Assembly (NCBI GenBank): GCA_900314875.1
Contig: OMWX01000003.1
Coordinates: 184,729-248,728 of the forward strand
DNA from: an uncultured Actinomycetes bacterium
GTDB lineage: Bacteria > Actinomycetota > Actinomycetes > Actinomycetales > Bifidobacteriaceae
Length of the DNA stretch: 64,000 nt
Reading direction: 5' to 3'
Made by a program: the position numbers and the translations under genes. The notes beneath the pieces are model-generated. The model did not search any database. It was not told where the DNA came from and worked only from the letters and a program-made list of their open reading frames with translations. The stretch's first letter is position 1. Every line of letters begins with the position of its first letter. Shown here in pieces: positions 26,829-36,592 of this stretch.

Positions 26829-28166
26829 TCATGAGCACAGCTGCGCATGAGCAGAAGCAGCAGACGCATCCGTAAGACCGGCAACCTTGTCAATTGCAAC
26901 TCTTAACCGCTGAGCGTCATTTTCGGCTCTCTCCCAGTCGCGCATAAAAAGCTTGCCCAGGTAAGGACTCGGATTCGGGTTTTCCTTCATAAAAACTTCC
27001 GTCAGGTCTGCGATAATCTTTTTCTGCTTTTCATGTTCGGGCAGACGGTTTCTGGGAATCATAACAAAATGAACCGCTATTCCTTTGAGGAAAAGAATTT
27101 CGGCGCGAGTCGTTTCAGGCACGACAAGCGAAGCGGAATACCGCATGAGACGGCCTTTGCCGTATTTTTCTCTGGTCATTGCTTCAACCGAGGAAGCAAA
27201 TCTGCCGATAAGCGCGCTTGTAATATTTTTAAGCTCGCCCATCGAACGGCGGGTTCCGTCAAAGCTGCGTTGCAAAAGTCTGTCTTTTACAAGCCTTTCG
27301 AACGCGTTTTGCAAATCGGCAGCGCTCTGAGCGGGCGCATACCATTTCAAAGTGTCTTCGATAATCGCGTCAACCGTTTTCGAATCCGCCAGACTCTGCG
27401 GATTAAGCGTGCCGCACACAATCGCGTCTTCAACATCGTGCACGCTGTATGCGATATCGTCGGCCAAATCCATAATCTGGCATTCGATCGGAGTTTTGTC
27501 TGCCGGAGCATTCTTTTTCAGCCAGCGGAAAACCGGCAAATCGTCGGGATATACGCAGAACTTCGGAGCAGTTTCGCCGTTTTGATTCTGTTTTGCTTCG
27601 CTCAGCGTCCAAGGATATTTCATAACCGCATCCAAAGCTGCACGAGTCAGATTAAGACCGGCAGAAACGCCGGATGGAGAAAAAATTTTCGGCTCAAGCC
27701 TTGTAAGAAGCCGGATTGTCTGAGCATTTCCTTCAAATCCGCCCGCCGGAACCGCGATTTCAGACAAAGCTTTTTCTCCGGTATGCCCGAAAGGCGGATG
27801 CCCCAAATCGTGCGCAAGACATGCGCAATCGACTATGTCGGGATCGCAGCCGAGCATTGCCGCGATTTCTCGCCCGATCTGCGCGACTTCGAGCGAATGA
27901 GTAAGCCTTGTCCGCGCAAAATCGTCGCTGCCGGCAACCAGAATCTGCGTTTTTGCGCCCAGCCTGCGCAGCGCGGAAGAATGAACCACGCGGTCTCTGT
28001 CTCTCTGATATGCCGTGCGCTCTTCGGATTTTGCGGCTTCAGACACGTATCTTTCTTCATCTGATTCGCAATATGCGCCTGATTCGGGCAGCGAAAAACT
28101 CAAATTGCCGGAAATTACCGAACCGTCGTTAAAATACACGCCGTCAGTGCGCCGCGTTTCGCTCAT
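26829..28166 (-). CDS. dgt: dGTP triphosphohydrolase-like HD-domain protein
   Basis: RTRLTHSLEVAQIGR and CLAHDLGHPPFGH are HD motifs. The dnaG-dgt-alr neighbourhood fits. Confidence 0.9.
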   Translation of the reverse strand: MSETRRTDGVYFNDGSVISGNLSFSLPESGAYCESDEERYVSEAAKSEERTAYQRDRDRVVHSSALRRLGAKTQILVAGSDDFARTRLTHSLEVAQIGREIAAMLGCDPDIVDCACLAHDLGHPPFGHTGEKALSEIAVPAGGFEGNAQTIRLLTRLEPKIFSPSGVSAGLNLTRAALDAVMKYPWTLSEAKQNQNGETAPKFCVYPDDLPVFRWLKKNAPADKTPIECQIMDLADDIAYSVHDVEDAIVCGTLNPQSLADSKTVDAIIEDTLKWYAPAQSAADLQNAFERLVKDRLLQRSFDGTRRSMGELKNITSALIGRFASSVEAMTREKYGKGRLMRYSASLVVPETTRAEILFLKGIAVHFVMIPRNRLPEHEKQKKIIADLTEVFMKENPNPSPYLGKLFMRDWERAENDAQRLRVAIDKVAGLTDASAASAHAQLCS

Positions 28167-28267
28167 TTTCTCCTCTTTCCTACCCCGATCCCAGTCCGCT
28201 TTGCGGGAAAAATCTCCGCAAAAAAACGAATCCGGCAGAATAAAACATTATAAAACAAAGCACGGCA

Positions 28268-28372
28268 AAAACACAGTTCAAGGAAACACAGTCCGGAGAA
28301 ACACAGTCCGGAGAAACACAGTCCGGAGAAACACAGTCCGGAGAAACACAGTCCGGAGAAACACAGCTGCGA
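28268..28372. repeat. Tandem repeat of 15 bp (gaaacacagtccgga), 5 perfect copies plus degenerate flanking copies
   Basis: Perfect copies lie at 28283-28357. Degenerate copies lie at 28268-28282 and 28358-28372. The repeat is intergenic between the alr stop and the dgt start. Confidence 0.95.
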
Positions 28373-28415
28373 ACCGATCCCTGTTCAGCAAAACATAACT
28401 TTACGGAACATTACT

Positions 28416-29933
28416 CTATAAAACAGAGCCGGGAACAGCGTTTTCAATCATTGCAATATCCTTTGAACACAAAAATTCGCCGTTCAGATACAGCCGAGGA
28501 ATTCTGCTTCTTAAACATGTGAATATTTCATAGCTTATCGTTCCGGCAGCAGCAGCCCAGTCGTCGGCAGTGGGCTGACCGTATTTAACGCCCTTGCCCG
28601 GACCGAACAGAACTGCAGTATCGCCCTCGCGAATGCCTTCTTTATCAGCCTGAGCGCCCAAATCGACGATAAACTGATCCATGCAGACCCGACCGGACAC
28701 GCGAACGATTTTCGTTCCTGCGTTCGTATTGATTTTTACCGGACCGCCGAGCTTGCATTCCGCTCCGTAACCGGCTTTGTTGAAACCCGACGCGCAACGA
28801 TGGATTCCGTCGGCATACCCTATCGGAACAATCGCGGCAAAAGTCTCGTTTTCGGTCACATATTTTCGCCCGTATGAAATTCCGCACGACTTGCGAATTT
28901 TTTTAATCGTGCCCAGCTGCGCCTGCAAAGTCATTGCCGGCACGAGAGAAAAATCGTCGGGAGTTCCCATCGAAACGTCGGGCGCGTATCCGTAAAACGA
29001 AATGCCGGGTCTGACCATCTCAAAATGAATGTCCGGCCGCGTAAAAGTCGCCGCACTGTTCGCAAGATGACGGATTTGCGGCTCGAGACCGGCAGCCGAC
29101 ATCTTCGAAGTAAAACGATGAAACGATTTTATCTGTTCGTCTGTGCAGTCTTCAAATTCTTTTATTTCCGGCATGTCTGCGACCGCAAGATGACTGAATT
29201 GCCCTATAACCTCAATCAGCCCTTGAGAAACAAAGGGTTTCATAATTCGCAGCGCTTCGTCGAAATTATCTTCCGTAAAGCCGTTTCGCCCGAAACCGGT
29301 ATCGCATTTTATGTGTACCCTCGCTGTTTTCCCGGCATATTCGGCTGCTGCGGCAACTGCGCGAATCGTACCGAAAGAACCTGCCGCTATATCGATATCA
29401 TTTTCAATCAGTTCTTCAAAGGGGGCATAATCGCAAGAAAAAAGCCATGCAAGAATATGCGCTCTGTCTTTCGCAATACCGGCTTTGCGCAAAGCCAAAG
29501 CCTCTCGCGGCTGAGCGGTTCCCAGCCAGGAAGCTCCTCCCGCAAGAGATGCCAAAGCCGCCGGAATAAGCCCGTGCCCGTAAGCATCGGCTTTGACAAC
29601 ACCCATAACCGCAGCGCCGCTGCCCGATTCGGATCTCGCGGAATTAACCGTTTCGACAAGTCTGGCAGCATTGTTTCGCAAAGCATTCAAATCCACCAGA
29701 GCCTGCGCCGGGTATTTTCTCAGAGCATTCTCATACCGGGCATTCCCGGATAAAGCATTCTCACATAAAACATTGCCGCGCAAATTATCGATGCTTAAAT
29801 CACTGCCGCACAAATCACTGCCGATCAAAGTTTCATTTTGTCTTTCGGACGTTTTCACGCTCTGCTTCAGGGCGCATTCCGAACTGTCAGCCGTATTCTG
29901 CTTCAATGATTCCGTTTTCACGCTCTGCGCCAT
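28416..29933 (-). CDS. alr: Alanine racemase with an N-terminal extension of about 75 aa
   Basis: VVKADAYGHG is the PLP-lysine motif, and the C-terminal domain fits (..VCMDQFIVDLG..). The N-terminal 75 aa are low complexity and the start is uncertain. Confidence 0.85.
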   Translation of the reverse strand: MAQSVKTESLKQNTADSSECALKQSVKTSERQNETLIGSDLCGSDLSIDNLRGNVLCENALSGNARYENALRKYPAQALVDLNALRNNAARLVETVNSARSESGSGAAVMGVVKADAYGHGLIPAALASLAGGASWLGTAQPREALALRKAGIAKDRAHILAWLFSCDYAPFEELIENDIDIAAGSFGTIRAVAAAAEYAGKTARVHIKCDTGFGRNGFTEDNFDEALRIMKPFVSQGLIEVIGQFSHLAVADMPEIKEFEDCTDEQIKSFHRFTSKMSAAGLEPQIRHLANSAATFTRPDIHFEMVRPGISFYGYAPDVSMGTPDDFSLVPAMTLQAQLGTIKKIRKSCGISYGRKYVTENETFAAIVPIGYADGIHRCASGFNKAGYGAECKLGGPVKINTNAGTKIVRVSGRVCMDQFIVDLGAQADKEGIREGDTAVLFGPGKGVKYGQPTADDWAAAAGTISYEIFTCLRSRIPRLYLNGEFLCSKDIAMIENAVPGSVL

Positions 29934-30009
29934 CCTGCCTCGATTCCCCGCTATTCAGTTCCGACTTCAAAGCCGGACAAATATACGCATGTCAAATTAT
30001 TTTTGCATG

Positions 30010-30870
30010 TCAATTATAGCAATTCTGCAACATGGCGGCCTGTATAAGCATTTTCGTATATTCATGCTTCGGAGACGAAATAATGTCTTCGGTTTTTCCT
30101 GTTTCGACAATCCGTCCGTCGCATATAACAATAATTTTGTCCGCAATCCGAACAGTCGTTCCCATATCGTGAGACACGATAATAAGAGCGGGACGCTGCG
30201 CTTTTTCTTCCGCCGCGACTGCCGCCGCTTCTTTTCTCTGCTTCGAATCATCGTTTTTTCCCAGCAATTTCTGGAGAGTTTCGGAAATCAGCAGCCTGGA
30301 AGACACATCAACCGCGCTCATCGGCTCGTCTGCGATAAGAATTTTCGGCTCGATTGCCAGCGCTCTGGCAATCGCCGCCCTCTGAGCCTGACCGCCGGAA
30401 ACATCGCAGGGAAAACGGTTCGCATATTTGTCAGGATCGAGTCCCGCGCGGCGAAAAGCTTTATTTGCGCGGCTTTCGATTTGTTCCCGCAGCTCTTTTC
30501 TGTCTGTCCTCAACTCCGCCGACGCTCTCGCCCTGAGCGGCTCAGTCACTGACATTTTCAGCGTATGTCTGGGATTTAAGGATTCGTAAGGGTTTTGGAA
30601 AACGATTCCGCAGACTTTCGATAAATCCCGCTTCGTTTTTTTATCGCGCAAATCGCGGCCGCAAAATTCGATTTTCCCCGAATCCGGATCGTCCAGACCG
30701 GAAAGGAGACGGAGCAATGTTGTTTTTCCGCTTCCCGAACCGCCTATTATTCCTATGCTTTCTCCCGGAAAAATTTGAAAATCAATATCGAAAAGAACCG
30801 TTTTTTCGCCGAAAATTCTTATCGCTTTTTCAGCGCGAATAACAGGAACCGCATTTTTCTCATTCTCCAT
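30010..30870 (-). CDS. Peptide/nickel-type ABC transporter ATP-binding protein (DppF/OppF-like)
   Basis: Walker A is GGSGSGKTT, the signature is VSGGQAQR and Walker B is ILIADEP. I chose the ATG at 30870 (MENEKNAV), which is preceded by AAGGAGG. Confidence 0.85.
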   Translation of the reverse strand: MENEKNAVPVIRAEKAIRIFGEKTVLFDIDFQIFPGESIGIIGGSGSGKTTLLRLLSGLDDPDSGKIEFCGRDLRDKKTKRDLSKVCGIVFQNPYESLNPRHTLKMSVTEPLRARASAELRTDRKELREQIESRANKAFRRAGLDPDKYANRFPCDVSGGQAQRAAIARALAIEPKILIADEPMSAVDVSSRLLISETLQKLLGKNDDSKQRKEAAAVAAEEKAQRPALIIVSHDMGTTVRIADKIIVICDGRIVETGKTEDIISSPKHEYTKMLIQAAMLQNCYN

Positions 30871-30884
30871 TTTTCTACGCCTCC

Positions 30885-31673
30885 TTAAAACTTGTCTTCG
30901 CGCGAAATATGCAGACATTTCGCGGCATATATAAGACTTTTCGCAGCCTCGCTGCACGGGCTTTCAAACAGCTTCTCAGTATCGTTTTCCTCGGCTATTT
31001 TCCCGTCCTCAACCACATAACAGCGTTTCGCGACGCGGCGAATCTGCGAAAAATCATGCGAAACAAACAGAAGAGTTCCGCCGTAACCGTCGACTGCCGA
31101 AACAAGCAGATCAAGAATTTTCTTGCCTGTAACCGCGTCGAGCGAAGCCGTGGGCTCGTCGGCAATAATAAGTTTCGGCTTGGAAATAACAGCAGCCGCA
31201 ATTCCCGCTCTCTGAGCCTGACCGCCGGACAATTCATGAGGATAAGCAAAAGCGGTTTCGCTCTCAAGTCCGACCGATTCGAGAGCTTCCGCAACTCTTT
31301 TGCGAATATTTTGAGAGCTGAGCCGAAAATGATTTTTCAGCGGCATCGATACATTTTCCCCGATATTTTTAACAGGATTGAGCGCGGAAACATTATTCTG
31401 CAAAATCATTCCCGCATATCGGCCGCGCAATTTCGCGATTTGAGAATCTTTCTCTCCGACAATATTTTTTCCGCCCAGCCTAACCGTTCCCTCCGCGCTT
31501 GTTCCGGGAGGCAAAAGCCCTGTCAAAGCTTTGCAAATCATAGACTTTCCGGATCCTGAAACGCCGATAAGTCCAACCCTTTCGCCTTCGGCTGCATTCA
31601 GACAGACATTGTCGACAATTTTTTTCTTTCCTGCTTTTATGCAAAGATTTTCAACTTCGACAATCATTTTCAA
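30885..31673 (-). CDS. Peptide/nickel-type ABC transporter ATP-binding protein (DppD/OppD-like)
   Basis: Walker A is GVSGSGKS, the signature is LSGGQAQR and Walker B is LIIADEPT. Confidence 0.88.
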   Translation of the reverse strand: MKMIVEVENLCIKAGKKKIVDNVCLNAAEGERVGLIGVSGSGKSMICKALTGLLPPGTSAEGTVRLGGKNIVGEKDSQIAKLRGRYAGMILQNNVSALNPVKNIGENVSMPLKNHFRLSSQNIRKRVAEALESVGLESETAFAYPHELSGGQAQRAGIAAAVISKPKLIIADEPTASLDAVTGKKILDLLVSAVDGYGGTLLFVSHDFSQIRRVAKRCYVVEDGKIAEENDTEKLFESPCSEAAKSLIYAAKCLHISREDKF

Positions 31674-31778
31674 TCCTTAACTTTCCTAATTTTCAAAAGC
31701 TCTTCAAACGCTGTTAAAAAGCTGTTCTCTTAACTGCCGGCTCTTAACTGCCGGATTTTGACAGCAGACTCTCGAGGG

Positions 31779-33830
31779 CTAATCGTCAATCGAGCGCAAA
31801 CGTTCGTTAAGCAGCGGGTCTGCGGCAACGCGCGCGCAGTCGCCCAAAATATTAAACATAATCACTGCAGAAACGACAAGAAGCCCCGGACAGAGAACGG
31901 TTGACGGATAAACGGTTATCAGACGCACGCAGGAAGCCAGAGAACGCCCCCAAGTTGGAACATTCGAAGGCGCGCCCAGCCCCAGATAAGTCAGAGACGA
32001 TTCGGCGAGAATAACAGAACCTGCGCAAATCGACAGCTGCACGACAATAACGGGAGCGCATGCGGGAAGAATATGAGAGAAGTAAATTCCCGCGCGGGAA
32101 ACTCCGCTGTATTTCGCGCTTGCGACATAATCGGATTCGCACGCCGATTGAGCAGCCGGACGGGCAATGCGAGAAATATTCAAACCGTAACCGTAAGAAC
32201 ATGCAAAAACAACAACGGCAACGCAGGCTCCCATTTTCGCATTCAAAATCAGCACGACAACAATAGAAGGAACCGAAATAAGCGCATCCAGAATAACAAC
32301 AGCAAACGTCTTCTTCCCGTCTTCCGTTCCTCCCCCAAATGAAATGCCTGCATACAGAAAGAAAATCCCCAAAATCGCACTGCACAGAACCGTCATAATC
32401 ACAATGAACAGCTCCCAAGACGACCCGGCCATAAGCATGCTGAGCATATCGCGCCCGGCTCCGTCCGTTCCCATAAGATGAGCGCTTCCGGGAGCCGACC
32501 ACGCGTTATATCCGTCGCTTTCGTTTATCGGATAAGGAGTATAAAAGAGCGAAACAAAAGAAACGATTATCCACAAAACAAGGCAGACAACACAGAAAAA
32601 ACCTTTTTTCGAAGAGAGCACCGATAAGAAGGCAACATGCGCAGTTCTGCGAAAACGTTTGCCTTCCGCGCCGAAAACAGTGCCGGGAAGACTGCGCAGA
32701 AAACCGCCGAAAGCACGAAAAACAGTCCTGCAATTCCTGCCGAACGCTCTGCAAATATTGACGAAAACTTTGAAAATATTGCCTAAACCGCGGAAAAAGG
32801 CGCGAAAACGGCCTTGCAGTCCGGAAAAATCAAATGAACCGCAGGACATGCAAGCATATTTCTGCGAGCGCGGAACAAGAGCAAAACGCATCAAATCCGT
32901 TATCAGACCGGCAAGCACAAAAACGGCTTCCAAAAGAAACAGCTCGCTTTGCACGGCTGCAATATCGCGATTGCCGATGTCAGTTACGAGAATGCTTGCC
33001 GCTCCGTTGAGTTTGAACAGTTTTTCAACGACGATCACTCCGGTAATCAGTTCGGCAAAATAAAGTCCGACAACTGAGACAAGCTGGGGAGCAAAAAGAC
33101 GCAGTCCCGCGCGGCGAAGAGCTTCAGATCTTGACATTCCCGATGACATTGCCATGACGACAGTGTCGCTTTGCGCATATTCCAAAACGCCGGAGCGCGT
33201 AAATCTGGCTATTTTTGCGGATGTGATGATTCCGACTGTCAAAACCGGCAGAATAAGCGAAGAAAAAGCTGCTCCCGGCGATTTCCACCCGTTAAGCGGC
33301 CAGCCTGAAGCGGGAAGAATATTCGCAAATCCCATCCCTCTGCCGAACAGAATAATAAGAATCATTCCGAACCACAAAGCCGGAAACGAGCCGACCGCAA
33401 TGCTCAAAGCATGTATCGCGCCGGCCGTTTTCCGCTTCGAGGACGCTGCTGCCAAACATCCGATCGGCACGCCGATAAGCAATGAAACCGCCAATGACAG
33501 CACGATCAGCGGAATCGTAATCGAAGCCGCTCGGGCAGCCTTTGAAGCGACCGGCACGCCTGTCAGAACAGAATTGCCCAAATCCGCTCTGAGAAGCCGC
33601 GCAAGCCAGTCGCCGTATTGCTGCGGCAGACTGCGATTCAGCCCCATCGATTCGCGAAGAGCTTCAATCTGTTCCGGCGAAGAATTTGTGCCGCCGGCTA
33701 TCTGCGCGACATCGCCCGGAAGCAGGTGCAGCGCGAAAAAAATCGCCGCAGACAAAAACAGCAGAGTCGCAGCCGCGACGGCAAGTCTTCTGATTACGTA
33801 TCGAGTTGTTTTCAAAATGTCACTTTCCAC
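31779..33830 (-). CDS. Fused ABC permease (DppB-like N-half plus DppC-like C-half, 683 aa)
   Basis: Two permease modules sit in one continuous ORF. They are joined by an Arg/Phe/Gly-rich linker of about 70 aa (FRAFFRGLGNIFKVF..FRAFGGFLRSL). The second half has the typical HLMGTDGAGRD motif. Confidence 0.8.
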   Translation of the reverse strand: MESDILKTTRYVIRRLAVAAATLLFLSAAIFFALHLLPGDVAQIAGGTNSSPEQIEALRESMGLNRSLPQQYGDWLARLLRADLGNSVLTGVPVASKAARAASITIPLIVLSLAVSLLIGVPIGCLAAASSKRKTAGAIHALSIAVGSFPALWFGMILIILFGRGMGFANILPASGWPLNGWKSPGAAFSSLILPVLTVGIITSAKIARFTRSGVLEYAQSDTVVMAMSSGMSRSEALRRAGLRLFAPQLVSVVGLYFAELITGVIVVEKLFKLNGAASILVTDIGNRDIAAVQSELFLLEAVFVLAGLITDLMRFALVPRSQKYACMSCGSFDFSGLQGRFRAFFRGLGNIFKVFVNICRAFGRNCRTVFRAFGGFLRSLPGTVFGAEGKRFRRTAHVAFLSVLSSKKGFFCVVCLVLWIIVSFVSLFYTPYPINESDGYNAWSAPGSAHLMGTDGAGRDMLSMLMAGSSWELFIVIMTVLCSAILGIFFLYAGISFGGGTEDGKKTFAVVILDALISVPSIVVVLILNAKMGACVAVVVFACSYGYGLNISRIARPAAQSACESDYVASAKYSGVSRAGIYFSHILPACAPVIVVQLSICAGSVILAESSLTYLGLGAPSNVPTWGRSLASCVRLITVYPSTVLCPGLLVVSAVIMFNILGDCARVAADPLLNERLRSIDD

Positions 33831-35467
33831 AAGGGCAGCAGATAAGAGTTCATATTAAGCGGATAATTCTTAACCGATTTATCCCATGCGGTGATAATGC
33901 GGTAATAGAAAAGCCAGTCGGCTGCCGAGTCTTGAGAGACAATGCGCGCGGCCTTTTTAAGATATTCGTTGCGTTCATCCTCCAAAAGACTCTCGTCAGC
34001 CTTCTGATAAAGCTGTTTTACTTCGTCATTGTCATAGCCGAAGTAGTAATCAGGCATTGTCCACTGGTAAAAATCGTGGCTTTCCGTATGATTCACAAGC
34101 GACAAATCGTAGTTTTTCCCTTTGTGAACGTCGGTAAGCCATGAGGAAAACTCGACAACTTTCACATTGAGCTTAATATTTGCTTTCGCAAGCTGCGCGG
34201 CAAGCTGATCTCCTAAGTCTGTTCCGTAAATGTTTGCGTATTCGAGCGATATTTCCAGTTTGTTGTTTTCGTTATATCCGGCTTGTTCCAAAAGTTCTTT
34301 TGCTTTGTCGACATCATATGAGATCGATGAAGTCAAATCCTCGTATCCGGGATCGAGAGGAGGAATCGGACCGGCAAGCAGAGCGTCTTCCCCTCTTCTT
34401 GCGGCTATAATCGCTTCATGATCGACAGCAAGGCGAATCGCTTCCCTGACTTTTACGTCATTGAGCGGAGCGCGATTATTGTTCATTGCGAGAACAAATT
34501 TGTCGGTGCCGTCTCCCGCCGAAATCTCGAAACGAGAATCGCTTTTAATGCTTTCGGAAAACTTTGCGTCGACCGGAGTAAGCACCTGCACTTCTGCGGA
34601 TTTGAACGCATTCAGCCCGGCAGCAGAATCCGCATAATATTTCAGCACGATTCTTTTAATCGCAGCCTTGTTTTTGTCAGTCCAATACTGACTGTTTTCC
34701 TTGAAAATAAGGTTTTCGTTCGCAGAAAAGCTTTCAACTTCGTAAGGACCGGATCCCACGGCCTGTGTTTTGGGATCATATGAAGCATTTTTATCGAAAA
34801 CCAGTCCGGCCCGTCCCGTCAGCTGCCAAAGCAGAGAAGAACAAGGAGAAGAAAGTTTCATCACAAGAGTCTTCTCGTCTCGCGCTTCTACCGAAGAGAT
34901 TTTGTTCGCATACTGATATCCCTGATATTTCTTGTCAATCATCTCGCTTACAGACCATTGCGCGTCATAAGCCGTAAGCGGGTCTCCGTTGGAAAACTTC
35001 GCTCCCTCGCACATATGAAAAACATATTCTTTGCCGTCGTCGGAAATATCCCATGAAGAAGCGAGCATAGGCTTTACCTCGTTGTTTTCCGCGCGTTCGA
35101 CAAGTCCCTGATAAACATTGCCGATTAAAGCCTGTTCCAAAGCCGAACCCGACTGAGTGCGAATGTCGAGATTGGTAGGAGCAAGCATAAGACCGACAGA
35201 CAATGTCTTGTTATCATTATCTTTCGCAGATGCGCTCGCTGCGCTGTTCTGCTGTGCTGCCGAGGATGAATTTTGGGAAGACAAATTTTTCTTCCACGCA
35301 AATCCGGCTGCGAGAATCGCAACGGCAGCAATTGCCGCAACTGCGGTGTATATCGTTTTTTTGCCTGCGCCCGATGCCGATGAATTTTTGGCCGCTTCAT
35401 TCAGCTCGTCGTCAAGACCGGCAAACAAATTCTTCCCGGATTCTTTATTGAACTTATCCATTTTCAT
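33812..35467 (-). CDS. ABC transporter substrate-binding protein, family 5 (peptide/nickel)
   Basis: Family-5 SBP layout with an N-terminal TM or signal segment (IYTAVAAIAAVAILAAGFAW). The start is either 35467 or 35461 (MKMDKF), and the track ATG at 35503 is also possible. It overlaps the start of the permease gene. Confidence 0.83.
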   Translation of the reverse strand: MKMDKFNKESGKNLFAGLDDELNEAAKNSSASGAGKKTIYTAVAAIAAVAILAAGFAWKKNLSSQNSSSAAQQNSAASASAKDNDNKTLSVGLMLAPTNLDIRTQSGSALEQALIGNVYQGLVERAENNEVKPMLASSWDISDDGKEYVFHMCEGAKFSNGDPLTAYDAQWSVSEMIDKKYQGYQYANKISSVEARDEKTLVMKLSSPCSSLLWQLTGRAGLVFDKNASYDPKTQAVGSGPYEVESFSANENLIFKENSQYWTDKNKAAIKRIVLKYYADSAAGLNAFKSAEVQVLTPVDAKFSESIKSDSRFEISAGDGTDKFVLAMNNNRAPLNDVKVREAIRLAVDHEAIIAARRGEDALLAGPIPPLDPGYEDLTSSISYDVDKAKELLEQAGYNENNKLEISLEYANIYGTDLGDQLAAQLAKANIKLNVKVVEFSSWLTDVHKGKNYDLSLVNHTESHDFYQWTMPDYYFGYDNDEVKQLYQKADESLLEDERNEYLKKAARIVSQDSAADWLFYYRIITAWDKSVKNYPLNMNSYLLPLWKVTF

Positions 35468-35769
35468 TGTTCCTGTATTTTCCTGTTCTGTTCGGCCGTG
35501 CAAAAGGCTCTGCGGTGCCGTTTAAACAAATCAGCTTTAAACGGACGGCAAGCCTTCGCAGACAAATCGGCGCCTTTCGGTCGTCGTTTCATTCCGAATC
35601 TTTACCGTTTCAGAGTAGTAGAACACAGCGACGGCACGAAAACCATTCAGATTCGAGAACGAAAAATATTGTACGCGCTTCGCACAAATTGACAGCGTTT
35701 TTGTTCGCCGCCCGCTTATGTTGCGGCTGCAGCAGATGACGCAAAGCGGAACAATATATAATTGTTTTT

Positions 35770-36552
35770 ATGTTTATTGCTTTGGACATAGGAAATTCAA
35801 ACACGGTTGTAGGATTCATGAAAGACGGACGAACCGACGGAACATACCGCATTTCAAATACGGCTTCGCACACAAGCGACGAATACGGACTGCTGATTTT
35901 GCAGTTTCTTGCTATGAGCGGTTACCGTCCCGAAGATGTCGAAGACGTTATCATCTGTTCGGTCGTGCCGCAGCTGCTTCGCGGATTCAAATCGTGTTTC
36001 TCGAATTTTTTCGGCATAAAACCTCTTGTCATCGCACCCGGACTCAAAACGGGAATAAGGCTGAAAATGCCCGATCCCAGACAGCTGGGAAGCGATATTC
36101 TCACGGGAATCGTGGCTGCATACAATCTTTACGGAGGTCCTGCTCTGGTAATCGATATGGGCACCGCAACAACTGTCGCAGCAGTAAACAGCGAAGGAAC
36201 CGTGGAAATGTGCCTTATCGCTCCCGGGTTGGAAACGCAGGCAAAATCGCTTTCGAGCAATACCGCGCAGCTGCCGCATGTCGAACTTAAAAAACCGTCG
36301 TCAGCCACTGCAAACACGACCGAAACAGCAATGCAGACCGGTCTTTATTATTCTTTTGTCGGCGGAATCGAACGCATGATTAAGCTGTGCAAAGATGAGC
36401 TGAATTGCGATTTTACCGTTGTAGCCACAGGAGGATTGTCTTCGGTTATTAAAGAAGACTGCAAACTCATCGACATTTACGATCCCGATCTTATTTTCGA
36501 AGGCATGGATATTATTCGCGAAAAAAACAGGCAGAACGCCGGCAAATTCTGA
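35770..36552 (+). CDS. coaX: Type III pantothenate kinase
   Basis: MFIALDIGNSNTVVGF and the DMGTATT motifs fit. Confidence 0.9.
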   Translation: MFIALDIGNSNTVVGFMKDGRTDGTYRISNTASHTSDEYGLLILQFLAMSGYRPEDVEDVIICSVVPQLLRGFKSCFSNFFGIKPLVIAPGLKTGIRLKMPDPRQLGSDILTGIVAAYNLYGGPALVIDMGTATTVAAVNSEGTVEMCLIAPGLETQAKSLSSNTAQLPHVELKKPSSATANTTETAMQTGLYYSFVGGIERMIKLCKDELNCDFTVVATGGLSSVIKEDCKLIDIYDPDLIFEGMDIIREKNRQNAGKF

Positions 36553-36592
36553 CCTTGCAGAGCTTTGCGGCAGTCAAATCACAGCGTTTCAG

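Noticed and set aside
28015-28398. ORF encoding NTVRRNTVRRNTVRR...
   Set aside because: It is the translation of the 15-bp tandem repeat. It overlaps the dgt start on the opposite strand and has no coding signal.
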